Shown piece after piece: positions 34,011 through 50,560 of a stretch of DNA of 64,000 nt. The DNA is from Magallana gigas (taxonomy: Eukaryota): the NCBI RefSeq assembly GCF_963853765.1, contig NC_088859.1, positions 35,836,001 to 35,900,000 on the forward strand. Direction: 5' to 3'. The translations under genes and the position numbers were made by a program. Each line of letters begins with the position of its first letter. Position 1 is the stretch's first letter. Below the pieces are notes generated by a model. The model had not been told where the DNA came from. It was given only the letters and a program-made list of their open reading frames with translations, and made no database searches.

Positions 34011-34431
34011 GTTTAAAAGGAGCTGTCTGACAAGGAATGTTTACATCTAATCCTGTAGCATTAATGCTCAAGTCTAAAGACCATTATACACATTTTGTGT
34101 GCGCATTTTCTGTCAACATCACATGACACCATATTGAAATCAAAAGTAGAGTAAAAAGGTTGCCTTCGTACAATTACTAATATGTACATGAATGAACATA
34201 AATTTTGTTTTATTAAATGTTCATTTTTTTTTTGTTGCATAAAAAAAATAAAACTCGATTTATAGTTTGTATTTTCTTATCGTAAAAAAATTGCCGGAAA
34301 TGTGAAAAGATACGAAACCATCACTAAATAAAAATTTCCCATTGCAAGACGAGATAGTGACACGACACCGGTAGTCTGGTGAAGATAAAACAAAAAATTA
34401 CATCTACAGGTATACTCTAGATAATAAAATA
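34011..34431. promoter_or_regulatory. Putative bidirectional promoter NADK2 / SLC30A7
   Basis: Only 421 bp separate the two divergent start codons; CpG-containing, with an ETS-like GCCGGAAAT near 34293. Confidence 0.65.
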
Positions 34432-38635
<4,204 letters not shown>

Positions 38636-41533
38636 TCCATCCATGAAAACTTTAGATCAAACACTTAAAATAATGGACATCAAACAAAGGTCATAATAAT
38701 TCGTAGTTACTACTGAGCAACTGTTAACATTTTATTACATTTGGCGGACAAAACAGAAAGAGCATTAAACGCCAATTCAGCAGCCATGGCAGTGCTCAGT
38801 AGGGTGAGGGAGTAAATTTTGTTTAAGTGCCATCACTGTGGGGGCTTATGTAGATGTAGAAGTATTTGGGATTATGTCACTGTCATTAAACAGTGTGAAG
38901 ACTCTGATCCCTGGAATGGTCGTCTTACAGGGGAGACTTCAGTGTCTTTGTCATATAGCTGTCTGTACGTGCATCATTGTGCAAGAGAGTGTCTGTGAAG
39001 TATGTGCCATTGTACTTGTCTGCAAGTGTGTGAGGTATTAAAGTGTTGTGACAAAAGTGCGATTGGAAAACAAGTTGCTTAATTTATTTTTTTATTGTTT
39101 TAAAAAAATATTTTTATAAGTATGAATGTAATTGTTTATATGTATGTCAAGCTTATGTGTAAAAAAAAAATTTAATGTGTATGAAACGGAATCACTGCCA
39201 TGTCATTTAAGAGATCTGTGTATCTACGATAGGGTTGTATATTAAAAAAATCATTGTCCATGGTATATATGTCATGATTTGATTATCTAAAAGCAGTATA
39301 ATTAATAAACACTATGGAAATAGCTAAATTATAAATGAAGGAATGCAGCACCTTTTAAACTTATACTTAATGGTGTTACGGCACAAATGTATAAACGAAA
39401 CAGTTCAAAAGAATCAGTGTAGACAGCATTCTGTAAAAATAAACGTCTCTTATAAGTACTGATACAATCCTCAGCAGTAATGTTAAGTGTTTTAATTGCT
39501 TGTTAATGTCAAAGAGAGATATTGTTGGTGTTGATGAACGTTGTTGGATTAATTTGAAATTATCTAGTCTATGAACTGGTACCGTTGAAGGACCAAGACA
39601 TTAAATGTACATAATTATAGTTTATATATGGTGCTGGTGCAATAAAGGCACAGCTTTTATGCTAAAATAAAATGCATTATTTTGTCTTTTTGTTTTCTTT
39701 TTTACTTGAAGTACACTTTCTCAGTGTTCAATTGTAACACTTTGTTTTAAAATATGTTAATATTTTGCCGACGGTGATCTGATAATTACTTCCGTTACAG
39801 CTTTAAATTTGTTATAACCGTGTTCGTTATGAACTGTAATTTTCTATAGGTTTTTATAAGAACTTTGCCGGGATATGAATAATTATTCGTTATAGCAGTA
39901 AATGCATTATGACTATGTTCATTATATTCAAGTTTTGCTGTAATTTGAATTAGTTGATGTTTAAGCACTTTCAGGTCAACCATTGCATAGTCACAGATCA
40001 CACCAACATTGATGTATTATAATTTTTCATCAATGGCATCGACTTTAATCTTACAATTATAACAAACATTAAGAAGGGATAGGACACCCATTTGGTGATG
40101 ATCCTTCTTGTAGAGCTCTATCCTATACATGTTTATTAATAATTTCTTCAAATGTAAAAATCACATTATATTCCTCCTTATATAAATATGTGTTTTATTG
40201 TGAGGAGTGTAATGTCTTAAAGCTGTAACATGTACTCTAAGGATATAAACTCTGCTGGTTAAGAGTAAGGTACTAAGTTTGAAACTCGCCAGATTATCAG
40301 TAAACAATTTCTAACGTTTATTATTGTAAAAGGACTACATATGGTTTGAGCCCAAAATGGCCCCCAAATAATGAACGTAGTCATTTCACTCTAATTGTTT
40401 GTTTTATTTGTATAGATATACATTTGAAGTTTTTTCATAAATTTCATTTTGATTAAGTGCCCGCAATTTAAAAATATTACATTTATACAAAGTTTATGTT
40501 TTCCCGCCATTTTCGCATTTTTAGCATAAAACAGCTTGTTTTCAAGCAGTTTTTTTTTTAATTAAAAAACATTAAGCAATTGCTTGAACAAACAAAATAT
40601 TTTCACCAAAGTGTATCTCTAAAGTACTTATAAGGGACAACAAATTTGTTCTTGTTCAAAGGGTCGCTCTATATTTCCCATTTGAAAAAAAATAGGAAAA
40701 ATGTCAAATATTGACAGATTTTGATTTAATTCTAAAAGTAGCGTCACTTCTGACATCATTTACTGACAGAAAGTGCATATAATTAAAATAAATAGGTGAA
40801 AAACATTTTATGTCAACTCTTCTAAAAAATAACACAAAAAAATTAATGTACCTGAAACACTTTAAAAAATTGCTAATATAAGGTCTTTCGATTGTCGCAT
40901 GAAGTCATTGGGAGCATTCCGGAATATTTTACTGTTATAAGTGTTATGTGATGTATGGTTTTGCCAATCTTTCTTAATTTAACTTGTGTTTTACACATTT
41001 TAAGCTATGAAAAGTGAAATGACACTAATGTTTAACAATTTATGGAGGGTAGTTTGAGTTGAAATCACTGAATTCAATGAAAAACTGATAAAACCTTACA
41101 TAGGAAAAGTTGACAGAGACTACAATGCATTATTTTTCACCTGGCAAGGTATTCATTTCTTTGCAGATTTCGATAGGATATATGAGTTACAAATGTACCA
41201 ATTTTCAGTGAGTTTGCACCATTATTTTAGAAGTTATAGATGTTTTATGTTGCTAAACTGTACTTATTCATGGTTGAAAAAAATGTATCAAAATTCACTC
41301 TAACTGTGATGGCTTTCATACTGGCAATTAAGTTTAAATGGCCTTTAAATGTTAAAATACATAAAATAAAGGATTGCAATTAATTTCTTTAAAAAATTGC
41401 TTTATTATATAGAAATCAGTAAAAAAAAATGTGATGTGTGATTGGAGAGCAGTCATCGCTATAATGCGTTGAAAGTGTACCTGTGTTAGCTCCTACAGCA
41501 TGAACAAAATATTTACAACATACCAATATTTAA

Positions 41534-43431
41534 AGGACAGGTGACACAAAATCAGTTTCTTCTAAAAACATTTTCTTTGATAAATATAAATCAGTTTATA
41601 ACAATTTTTCCATTTGACTAGCATCAGATAAGAACACACAGCTCAATTAAGTGTGCTGAAAATCCCAGCTGCAACAGATCTCCGAGTTTTGCCGATCTTT
41701 AATGAGATAATTAAGAAACCCCTGTGTGTTATTCGTCAAAGATGACATAGTCAGCTATCGGCTACATAGTAAACAGAGCAATGGACGATTATTTACTTAC
41801 ACATACAGGATAGTGTATTTGTGTTCAAATGATGATTTTGAAATAAAGCACTAGCTATCAGATTAAACTGAATTGATTAAAAGCATATTTATTAAATAGC
41901 TTAGTGTATGAACCCTCCCTGAAAACAAAGTAGTAAGATTATAGGTTAATGGAGTTTTTGAGAAATTTTGTGTACATAAGATAGTGGTAATAGAAATTGA
42001 AAAAAAGTAATTAAATTAGAATGAATCTGAAGATTTTGTAATTGATAATCATTTATAGCAGATTATCATCCTGTCAGCCAGACAGGCAACAACTTGTTCA
42101 GATTCTCAGTATTCAGTAAATATATTGTTTGAATATGCAGATTAATCCAATCTTGCAGATCCAAAACATTGATTGCATGGAACAAGTTGATATCAATCTA
42201 AATATTTAAAAAAAAAAAAAAAAAATTCAACTGGGAGCACGATGAGTTGGATTTTTTTTATATCGCATATAAATCCTTTTTTGTGTACTATTTGTAACAA
42301 TTAGTGTTGCTGTAAAAAAAAAATAATTCATTGTCCATCTGAATCTAATGTCAGTATATAAGAATTAAGTCATCAGTGTGCATAACAGCTCGTTTTTGGG
42401 CTTTTTTTAAGGTTTGATCAATAGAGAATAAATTATACACAACTCAGAAGTACTACCAAAAAATGATCTTCATAAACTATTAAAAGAAAGATCAAATTGC
42501 ATTTGGATAAAATTCAAGGAGTCTGAGCTAGATTAGTACGTTTTTAAACCTGAATACTATGTTAAAAACTACTGTTTCAGTCTTAACTGATTTTGAAAAT
42601 TGGTAGTTCTTTTAATTAAATTTCAATAAACAAACATGATCAAATACCATACTAAAAAATGAAATTAAAAGATGTTTGGGTTACTAGTATTGAGATTAAG
42701 GTAGACCCCCTGATTTTGTGGAACTAAAGAAATTTACAAATATATTTGCTTACATGCAAGTACCAGGATTTCTGGTAACACTTCTTAAATAAAAAAAAAT
42801 CCTTTATTAAGTCCAATTAACTTAACTACGGTTTATTTAGGGTTTAAGATCCGGTGAAATTCCTGGTTACGAAAAGTCTCTATACATTATCACTTACTAT
42901 GTGTTGACAAAACAAAATCCTTCCTTTAGCAACAATGATTCCATGTTTTTGATGATTTTTATCTTTTAAAAATGCAACATCTGACATGTATATTTTTTTC
43001 CAGCATGAAGCACATATAGATTAATGAAAAGTTAATAGAACAGGTCATATTTTTACTCCTATTCATAATTGCTGAGGAAACAGAAATGGGGTTTCTAAGC
43101 TTAGAATAACTCTGTTTATGTACAGGGTTCTCAAACTTTTAATAGCAATGAGCAAAAGTTAATGACTTCAGATTTTAGATAAGAGCAAGTTAGAAATCCC
43201 TATGATTGAAAGATACAGCGAATGGGCAGTGTGTCGGCTATTACGTCGCACCGAAGGTTTCCGATCTCAGAGGCTTCAGATATGCATATTGAGGTCACGC
43301 GTCTTATCAGCTCAGTAATTCAGCAATAGCTGTGAAACAGATGGGAGTAGTAAGGACAATTTTGCAGAAATTGTATCCCACTCACAATCCAACTTGGTGG
43401 TCAATGTTTTTGTGATTGTGTCACCTGTCCT
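41534..43431. mobile_element. 1.9-kb TTAA-flanked (Kolobok-like) non-autonomous DNA transposon
   Basis: TTAA|AGGACAGGTGACACAA ... TTGTGTCACCTGTCCT|TTAA: perfect 16-bp TIRs and TTAA TSD; no long ORF inside. Confidence 0.85.
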
Positions 43432-44077
43432 TTAAGTTCAATTTGAATGTTTACATATTTAAACTTCAAATTTAAACAAATGTTTCACGGATTTAACCAA
43501 AAAAAAACCCATCAAGGGTGGAGAAACCTTAAGGGGGCAACATTTGACTAATATCATATACATTCTGTATTAATAGTTATTTGTAAATATAAAATAAAAT
43601 TTTGAATTTCACCCATTTCCATTATCTCAAAGTACTGGGATGAGCCATTCCACTTAAAAGAAGAACAATTCCTGTCTCATACTCTGTGTTATTCCTACAT
43701 CAAACTGGTTTTCAAAATTTCAAGAAGGTTTTAAGACCTTAAAATTGGAAAGTTGTACCATAATATATAATGTAGAACAATTTTTGGGATTTGACATGAA
43801 GTACATGTACATTAGGAACGGGATAAAACACAATTTTCATCGGAAATGATATTTCATAGAAAGAAAAATTGGATGTTAATGGTGTTAAAAAGTTGCCTCA
43901 GTATGTAGACAAATACACAAGTAAGCATAAATGCACTAATAAGTGCACTTGGCTTGGAGATATATTTTATAACTAAATGAACTGAAGTAAAAAATCCAGA
44001 TACTTGTACATTAAGTGAGTTTATCATACATTGATGATTGACAAACAAGAATAATTTGATTGACAAACAAGAATAAT

Positions 44078-44466
44078 TTAACTTTCTTTAGCTTTACTCT
44101 GCAGACTGTCAGCCATGAACAATTTTCCAAAACTCTGAGAAGCAAACTCCTCAATTTGATGACAGTAATTGTTAATCTGTCCCGCCAAAAGCAGGCTGTC
44201 CAGACGGGCTGGAGTGGGGATCGGCTTGAAGATCTTGTTGATATCTTCCTCAGGAAGTGCGGTATCTCCTTTCGATACTCTCTGTTGGTTCTCCTGTTGC
44301 TGTAATAGTAACAAAGGAAAAGTAAATAATCTCTGAAATTTGTGTATGATCAAGTGACAACATATGTGTCTCTTGTACATGTACAAAACAACCTTTAAAA
44401 AATAATTAGTATCAATAGGTAACTGGATTGTGTTGAGAACACTGAAAGTAATTTTAATTTCTATAG

Positions 44467-44519
<53 letters not shown>

Positions 44520-44560
44520 ACTTGCTTACTCTTTTCTGTAGGTATTGTTGTTTTTGGATC

Positions 44561-44595
<35 letters not shown>

Positions 44596-47500
44596 GCTTA
44601 CTCTTTTCTGTAGGTATTGTTGTTTTTGGATCAACTGTTTTTGATATTGTCTCTGATAGTTCAAAAATCTGTTGGCATCCATGGCCACCTCATCAACACA
44701 TCCCATCAACTGTCTCAAATTCTTTTCTAACATGGAGCTAGAAGTGAAAAGATGCTATTTATTATTACTTAAGTGAGAATTAAATTAGTTAAAATAAGTT
44801 TCTAACCATGTCACTTAAAGAAATTCACAAGGATTCCTGACTCTTTTTCTCCCACTGCCTAACAATTATCATCATTGCCACATGTTCAGTATAATTAAAT
44901 TTTAAAAAACCAAGGGTTATAGAAGTTTATTTCAAGTAACACAAAATGGGTTTTATGTCTATTATTTTAGCTTCATTTTCTACCTATGGCGTCTTCACAG
45001 TATTCATTATACAATGTACATGTAAATGAACTATTTGAATTCTGTCTGATATATGAAAAAATTTCTGGTACAACTAACTACTCGTATTCGATAGAAACAA
45101 TTAAACAATCATTCTTGTACCTCCAAAAAAAGAACACAAAACAAACCTTGTTGCCAAATCCAAAAAGTTGTAAGTCTCTTCTTCTCTAGATTTAGGACAT
45201 TCATCTACTTCACACAACAGTGCATTGACCAGATGGGAATTCTTTACCACGACTGGTATTTCTTCAAACATTGATTCAAAACTAATGCTTGCTGCTTGTA
45301 TAGCCTCAGGTGTGAAATCTCCATCCCTGTAGAAGTCCATCATTTTGGGTGTCAAACGGTAAGCTTTCAAGGCAACGAAACCCTGAGTTGTACGCAGTGG
45401 GTCTAAAAAAATTATGAAAGAAGTATTACTCAAACATTTGTGGGTACATTTGAATGTAGTTCAACATCTGTGGAAAAATCACAATTGATAAACAAATCTA
45501 ATTTGACCAGGACTTATTTTTTTTGCATGTTTATCATGCAAGTTAAAGAGAAACATACACCACAATTTTAACTCCTTGAATTGCATTTCAGTACAAACTT
45601 AAAAGCAGTTGCTATTTCATCATGGTTGTGAAAATGACAAAATGTATGAAACTTTAGCATGATTTGTAATTCCTTACCATAAATCAGCACCACTGACTCT
45701 TCAATAGAGTGCTGGTAGTTAAATTGAGAATCAACAAAAGCTCTACTGATGAAGGAGCCAAACAAAGTGCTTTGATACCATCCAACATGAAGATGGTCAA
45801 TATTCACATGCCTCAAATTCCTCATCATTTCCATCTGGTACTGAACTGTAAAAGAGACCAAAGTCTAAATATCTCAGGAAACAAGATTCTGCTTTCAGCA
45901 TATGGATAAATATGTTTGTAAAACTCATTTTTTAAATCACTAATCTCAGCAAGATGTCTGGAAAACTGTATGATGTAAATAACAAATGGACAACAAATCA
46001 ACTCTAGGAAGAATTCCTTGGCAAAATTCTCAATAAATATGATAAATGAGTGCACCATTAAAAAACATAGGTAATCACAGATTACAAAGCTCACCGAGAC
46101 GAGACATCACCCTTATGAGACTTCACCTTTATGAGACCACCTTTATCATATTACATGAAAATCATACTTTATGATCTTGGATATTCATGGATTCTGTTTT
46201 GACACAATATCGTATATCATCTGTTACAAAATTGTATAATAATCATATGTTAATCGCTACAATATAAAATCAAATATTGCATCCTATCATATTTACAACA
46301 TATATCATATAATACAATAAAATACCATAATAAACAATGATGAGATATGATATTGTAACATATGGTATGGCATTGTATTGTGTTATACGTTATTGTATTT
46401 GATCACATAATACAATATCATAATATATAAAACAATATAGTATTATATTACAAAATCATATTACATAATACATCATAACATATGATATTATATTGTATAA
46501 TATAGTATGATATTGTATGATACTGTATCATTTTTGAAACCATATTATAAACCAATATCATATTATACAGTATCGTATGATACAATATTATATAATATTA
46601 CAGTATCATATAATACAATTTCATGTGATATTATATAAATAGTGCCTGTTTGGGAGGGTAACAGTTGAAATTGACACCCCGAGAAAACCATTGTCAACCG
46701 ACGCGAAGCGGAGGTTGACAATGGTTTTCGAGGGGTGTCAATTTCAACTGTTATCCTCCCAAACAGGCACTATTTATTTTGTTATACTGAATGTCTTTTT
46801 TAAAATTTTTAAGAAAATTTTACTGCTTTTATATAGGAATAACGTGAATTCTACAGCGAACCGTACGCGCATAATTTTCGCGCATGTAACATTTTTTAAT
46901 GTTACCCGTTGCCAAGTGCGTTGCTAACGCTGAGGGTAATAGTAAATATTATTAACTGCGTCTTAACCAATCAGATTTCAGTATTTAACATGAAAGTATA
47001 ACAAAATTCTATATTACAGAAACTAATATCATATTGTACAATATCGTATGATACAATATTATAGAATATACAATATTGTATCATAGGATACAATATTATA
47101 TTTTGCAATATCTTATGTAATAGTACCATGTGATAAAATAATAAATTAATAATACAATATAATATTATACAATATTGTATCATAATATACAATACTATAC
47201 ATAATGATATCATGTTACAATATCATAATATATAAATAGTGCCTGTTTGGGAGGGTAACAGTTGAAATTGACACCCCGAGAAAACCATTGTCAACCGACG
47301 CGAAGCGGAGGTTGACAATGGTTTTCGAGGGGTGTCAATTTCAACTGTTACCCTCCCAAACAGGCACTATTTATTTTGTTATACTGAATGTCTTTTTAAA
47401 AATTTTTAAGAAAATTTTACTGCTTTTATATAGGAATAACGTGAATTCTACAGCGAACCGTACGCGCATAATTTTCGCGCATGTAACATTTTTTAATGTT

Positions 47501-50444
47501 ACCCGTTGCCAAGTGCGTTGCTAACGCTGAGGGTAATAGTAAATATTATTAACTGCGTCTTAACCAATCAGATTTCAGTATTTAACATGAAAGTATAACA
47601 ACATAAAATATCAAAAAAATTGATACAATATCATATCGTATCATATTTATATACTTTTTATAATATTACATATGATATTATATTGAATCATATTAAACAA
47701 TATTGTTTCATACCATACAATACTATATCATAGGAATCATGTTGTATCATTTACCAACAAACACATCTATCTATCGAGCAGGTTTGAGTGAGTTAGGAGA
47801 TTTCTTTAGCATCCTTGATAATGGAGATCAGGCTCTGCATCTGAAGCAACCTCTGCGTTTCATTTATAATATAGTTAAATCAACTATGCAAGCTATCATC
47901 TATAAAACATGTGACATGTTCCAAAAAAACTAAACCTCATCCAGCATCCAAAACCTATAGCGCAGATTCAGCATTCAAGCCTGTCTGGTGCATCAGTATG
48001 CATAAGACGCATCTCCATGCAAGTTTGGTGAAGTTCAGACCAGTAATAACTAAGATATTATCATCAGAGGGCACTACCAATTAAAACCTAAACCTGCTCC
48101 AGCATCCGCAACCTATGGCTAAGATTCAACATCCATGCCTGTCAGGTGCATCTGTATCATAAGACACACCATCCATTCAAGTTTGGTGAGGTTAGGACCT
48201 GTATTAACTAAGATATATTTTTTTGCATCCTTGATAATGGAGATCAAGGTCTGCATCTGAAGCTTCCTCTGTGATTCATTCATATTACAGTTTAATCAAC
48301 TATGCAAGTTTGAAATAGTACTATTATCTATTAAACATGTGACCTGTTCCAAAAAACTTAACCATATCCAGCATCTGAAACCTATGGCTCAGACTCAGCA
48401 TTCAAGCCCGTCAGGTGCATCAGTATCATAAGACACACCATCCATGGAAGTCTGGTGTAGTTAGGACAAGTAATAACTAAGATATGATCATCAGAGGACA
48501 CCTGTTTCAAAAACTTTAACCAGCTCTAAAAACCTTAACCTCCTCCAGCATCCGAAACCTATGGCTCAGATTCAGCATTCAAGCCTGTCTGGTGCATCAG
48601 TATCATAAGACGCATCATCCATGGAAGTCTGGTGAAGTTAGGACAAGTAGTAACTAAGATATAATCATCAGAGGGCACCTGCAACAAAAACTTTAAGCAG
48701 CTCTAAAAACCTTAACCTCCTTCAGCATCTGTAACCTATAGCTCAGATTCAGCACTCAAGCCTGTCTGCTGCATCAGTATCATAAGACACACCATCCATG
48801 CAAGTTTGGTGAAGTACGGACCTGCAGTAACTTAGATATTGCTATCAAAGGGCACATGCAACAAAAACTTTAACCTGCTCCAAAAACCTTAACCTCCTCC
48901 AGCATCTGTAACCTATAGCTCAGATTCAGCACTCAAGCCTGTCTGCTGCATCAGTATCATAAGACACACCATCCATGCAAGTTTGGTGAAGTACGGACCT
49001 GCAGTAACTTAGATATTGCTATCAAAGGGCACCTGCAACAAAAACTTTAACCTGGTCCAACAACCTTAACCTCCTCCAGCATCTGAAATTTAGGACTCAG
49101 ATTCAGCATCCAAGTCTTTCAAGTCTATAAGTAGGTTCAGATGCATCATCCATGCAAGTTTGGTGAAGATAGGACAAGTAATAGCTTGGATACAGGACCT
49201 GCAACAAAAACTTTAACCAGGTCCGGACGCCGACGCCGACGCCGACGCCGACACCGACGCCGAGGGTATAGCATAAGCTCCCCCTGACTTCGTCTCGGTG
49301 AGCTAAAAATGAATCTGAATATAGTTATACATTTCTAAAAAGAAAAATACCTTCATCAAAGTCTTCTTCTTCATTGTGTCTTGGGAAGGGAAAGCAGTTG
49401 GTAATCTCTAGGCGATTGTCCACCACTAATCCCAGAAGAACACCCTGTACAAGATCTGTGCCTCCCGCCCCCTCTTCCTGGCAGTGTTTGATAATTTTTA
49501 ACACAACCTGCAAAACATACTCAACATTGACTTCATATAAACAGAATTTCACTGTTTCTTATTTCAATGTGAGTCAGACCGGTTTTAATTCTGGTGCCAG
49601 ATAGCTCAGTAATTAGTAGGGCTGTCATGGGCCACCAAAATAACAAAAAATCACGGAACAATATGTTTGATTCAGATTCCATTCTGATTTTCCCGATTTC
49701 GGTTTGGTTCTGATTTGTGTAAAAGAATCTGTATTCTATAAAAAATGGCATCAAAATTGAAAGGTTCATTAATGTGGACTTGTTGTTTGTACTGAACATT
49801 GACTTGTATACAACTGGCAATGCATACTGATGGTTGTTAACTCATCCTAAAGAAAAATATCATGCAATTTAACTGTGTACAAAGGAGAAACACTAGTTCA
49901 AAGCCCGAAATCAAACTGAAATTTTTTTGTTCCGAACCAATCCAAAATTTTTTAGAAACATGACAGCCCTAGTTGGTAGAGCACCTGACTAGAGATTCAG
50001 GGGAATCACAGTCTGGTCCGTCATTATTTCTCCCATCCCATAAAATCAATATTTATGCTTTGGAAATAAAACTTTCTTTTGGGATGAATGGACATTTTGA
50101 GAGAATTTAATCCAACGCTGACTAAAACTAAATTATATCAGTTTATTAGTTGTCTGATTTTTTAAATAATTTGTTAGAAAAGCAATTAACTAAAATTCTA
50201 CAATTGCTACCGCTCACCGGTTTGTTTACATGACATATTCTGAGAAAATTCGAAATACGTAATTTATGCTGAGCGATAATTCTGACTGAAAAGAGAGCGA
50301 GAAGAGTTACAACGTAAACTTATGTTAAAAATCAACATGATATGTGGTATATGGATTAAACAACTGAAGAGAAAATAGCCATACCAGTCCATCTATCTGA
50401 ACATATTGCACAGGAACAGTTGCATGCTTCTTCGCCGACGCCAT
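44078..50444 (-). CDS. EIF3H: Eukaryotic translation initiation factor 3 subunit H, ~332 aa, 6 coding exons
   Basis: Exons 50444-50385, 49507-49351, 45845-45678, 45402-45147, 44737-44602 and 44299-44078 join in frame (999 nt). Motifs [77 protein letters not shown]. Confidence 0.97.
44471..44601. repeat. Two (AG)n tracts bracketing a 45-bp direct duplication of the EIF3H exon 5 end and donor
   Basis: CTTGCTTACTCTTTTCTGTAGGTATTGTTGTTTTTGGATCAACTG occurs at 44521-44565 and again at ~44593-44637. Confidence 0.92.
46635..47000. mobile_element. Long-hairpin element, copy 1 (143-bp hairpin plus ~225-bp tail); superfamily unassigned
   Basis: Arms ATAAATAGTGCCTGTTTGGGAGGGTAAC...TTGTCAACC / GGTTGACAA...CCTCCCAAACAGGCACTATTTAT around GACGCGAAGCGGA; near-identical copy 597 bp downstream. 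Confidence 0.75.
47232..47598. mobile_element. Long-hairpin element, copy 2
   Basis: Same sequence as 46635-47000 with only about two visible differences. Confidence 0.75.
49617..49971. mobile_element. hAT-like MITE inserted in a SINE head, EIF3H intron 1
   Basis: TIRs TAGGGCTGTCATG / CATGACAGCCCTA; degenerate 8-bp flanks GTAATTAG / GTTGGTAG; tRNA-like TAGCTCAG on the left continues as TTGGTAGAGCACCTGACTAGAGATTCAGGG on the right. Confidence 0.7.
49972..50041 (+). repeat. tRNA-derived SINE fragment
   Basis: GTTGGTAGAGCACCTGACTAGAGATTCAGGGG...GTCTGGTCCGTCATTATTTCTCCCATCC; B box largely deleted. Confidence 0.55.
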
Positions 50445-50560
50445 GACGGAAGTAAAGACTGAATCTTTTAGACGCTTAAGGAAGAGAAAATTTGCATTGC
50501 TGCAAGCGTCTCTTTCACTTCGTTAGGCCACTGTACATGCTGTAGATGAAGGTAGACAAC
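50445..50560. promoter_or_regulatory. Compact bidirectional promoter EIF3H / UTP23 with TCT/TOP-like initiators
   Basis: Minus-strand TTTTCTCTTCCTT at 50490-50478, plus-strand CTCTTTC at 50510-50516, ETS-like CGGAAGT at ~50447; the two ATGs are 337 bp apart. Confidence 0.65.

Larger units (their letters stand above)
46084..49309 (+). mobile_element. Composite 3.2-kb Helentron-associated element with AT-rich filler and 177-bp satellite, in EIF3H intron 2
   Basis: Starts ACAAAGCTCACCGAGACGA, ends TCGTCTCGGTGAGCTAAAAA (subterminal inverted repeats, terminal hairpin); (GACGCC)n at 49226-49262; CAGCATC-anchored units at 48369, 48546, 48723, 48900 and 49077 (177-bp spacing), with more diverged units from ~47790. 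Confidence 0.8.

Noticed and set aside
40080-40130. C-box-like TGATGA suggesting a C/D snoRNA
   Set aside because: Not intronic, and no suitably placed D box (CTGA) or terminal stem.
40330-41530. Further transposon-like sequence starting AAAGGACTACATATGG, and an orphan end GGAGAAACC|TTAA near 43530
   Set aside because: Could not pair termini or find TSDs, so boundaries are unsupported.
46691-47524. Duplicated 78-aa [18 protein letters not shown]...
   Set aside because: Begins at a TTG inside the hairpin of a non-coding element; identity reflects recent insertion, not coding constraint.
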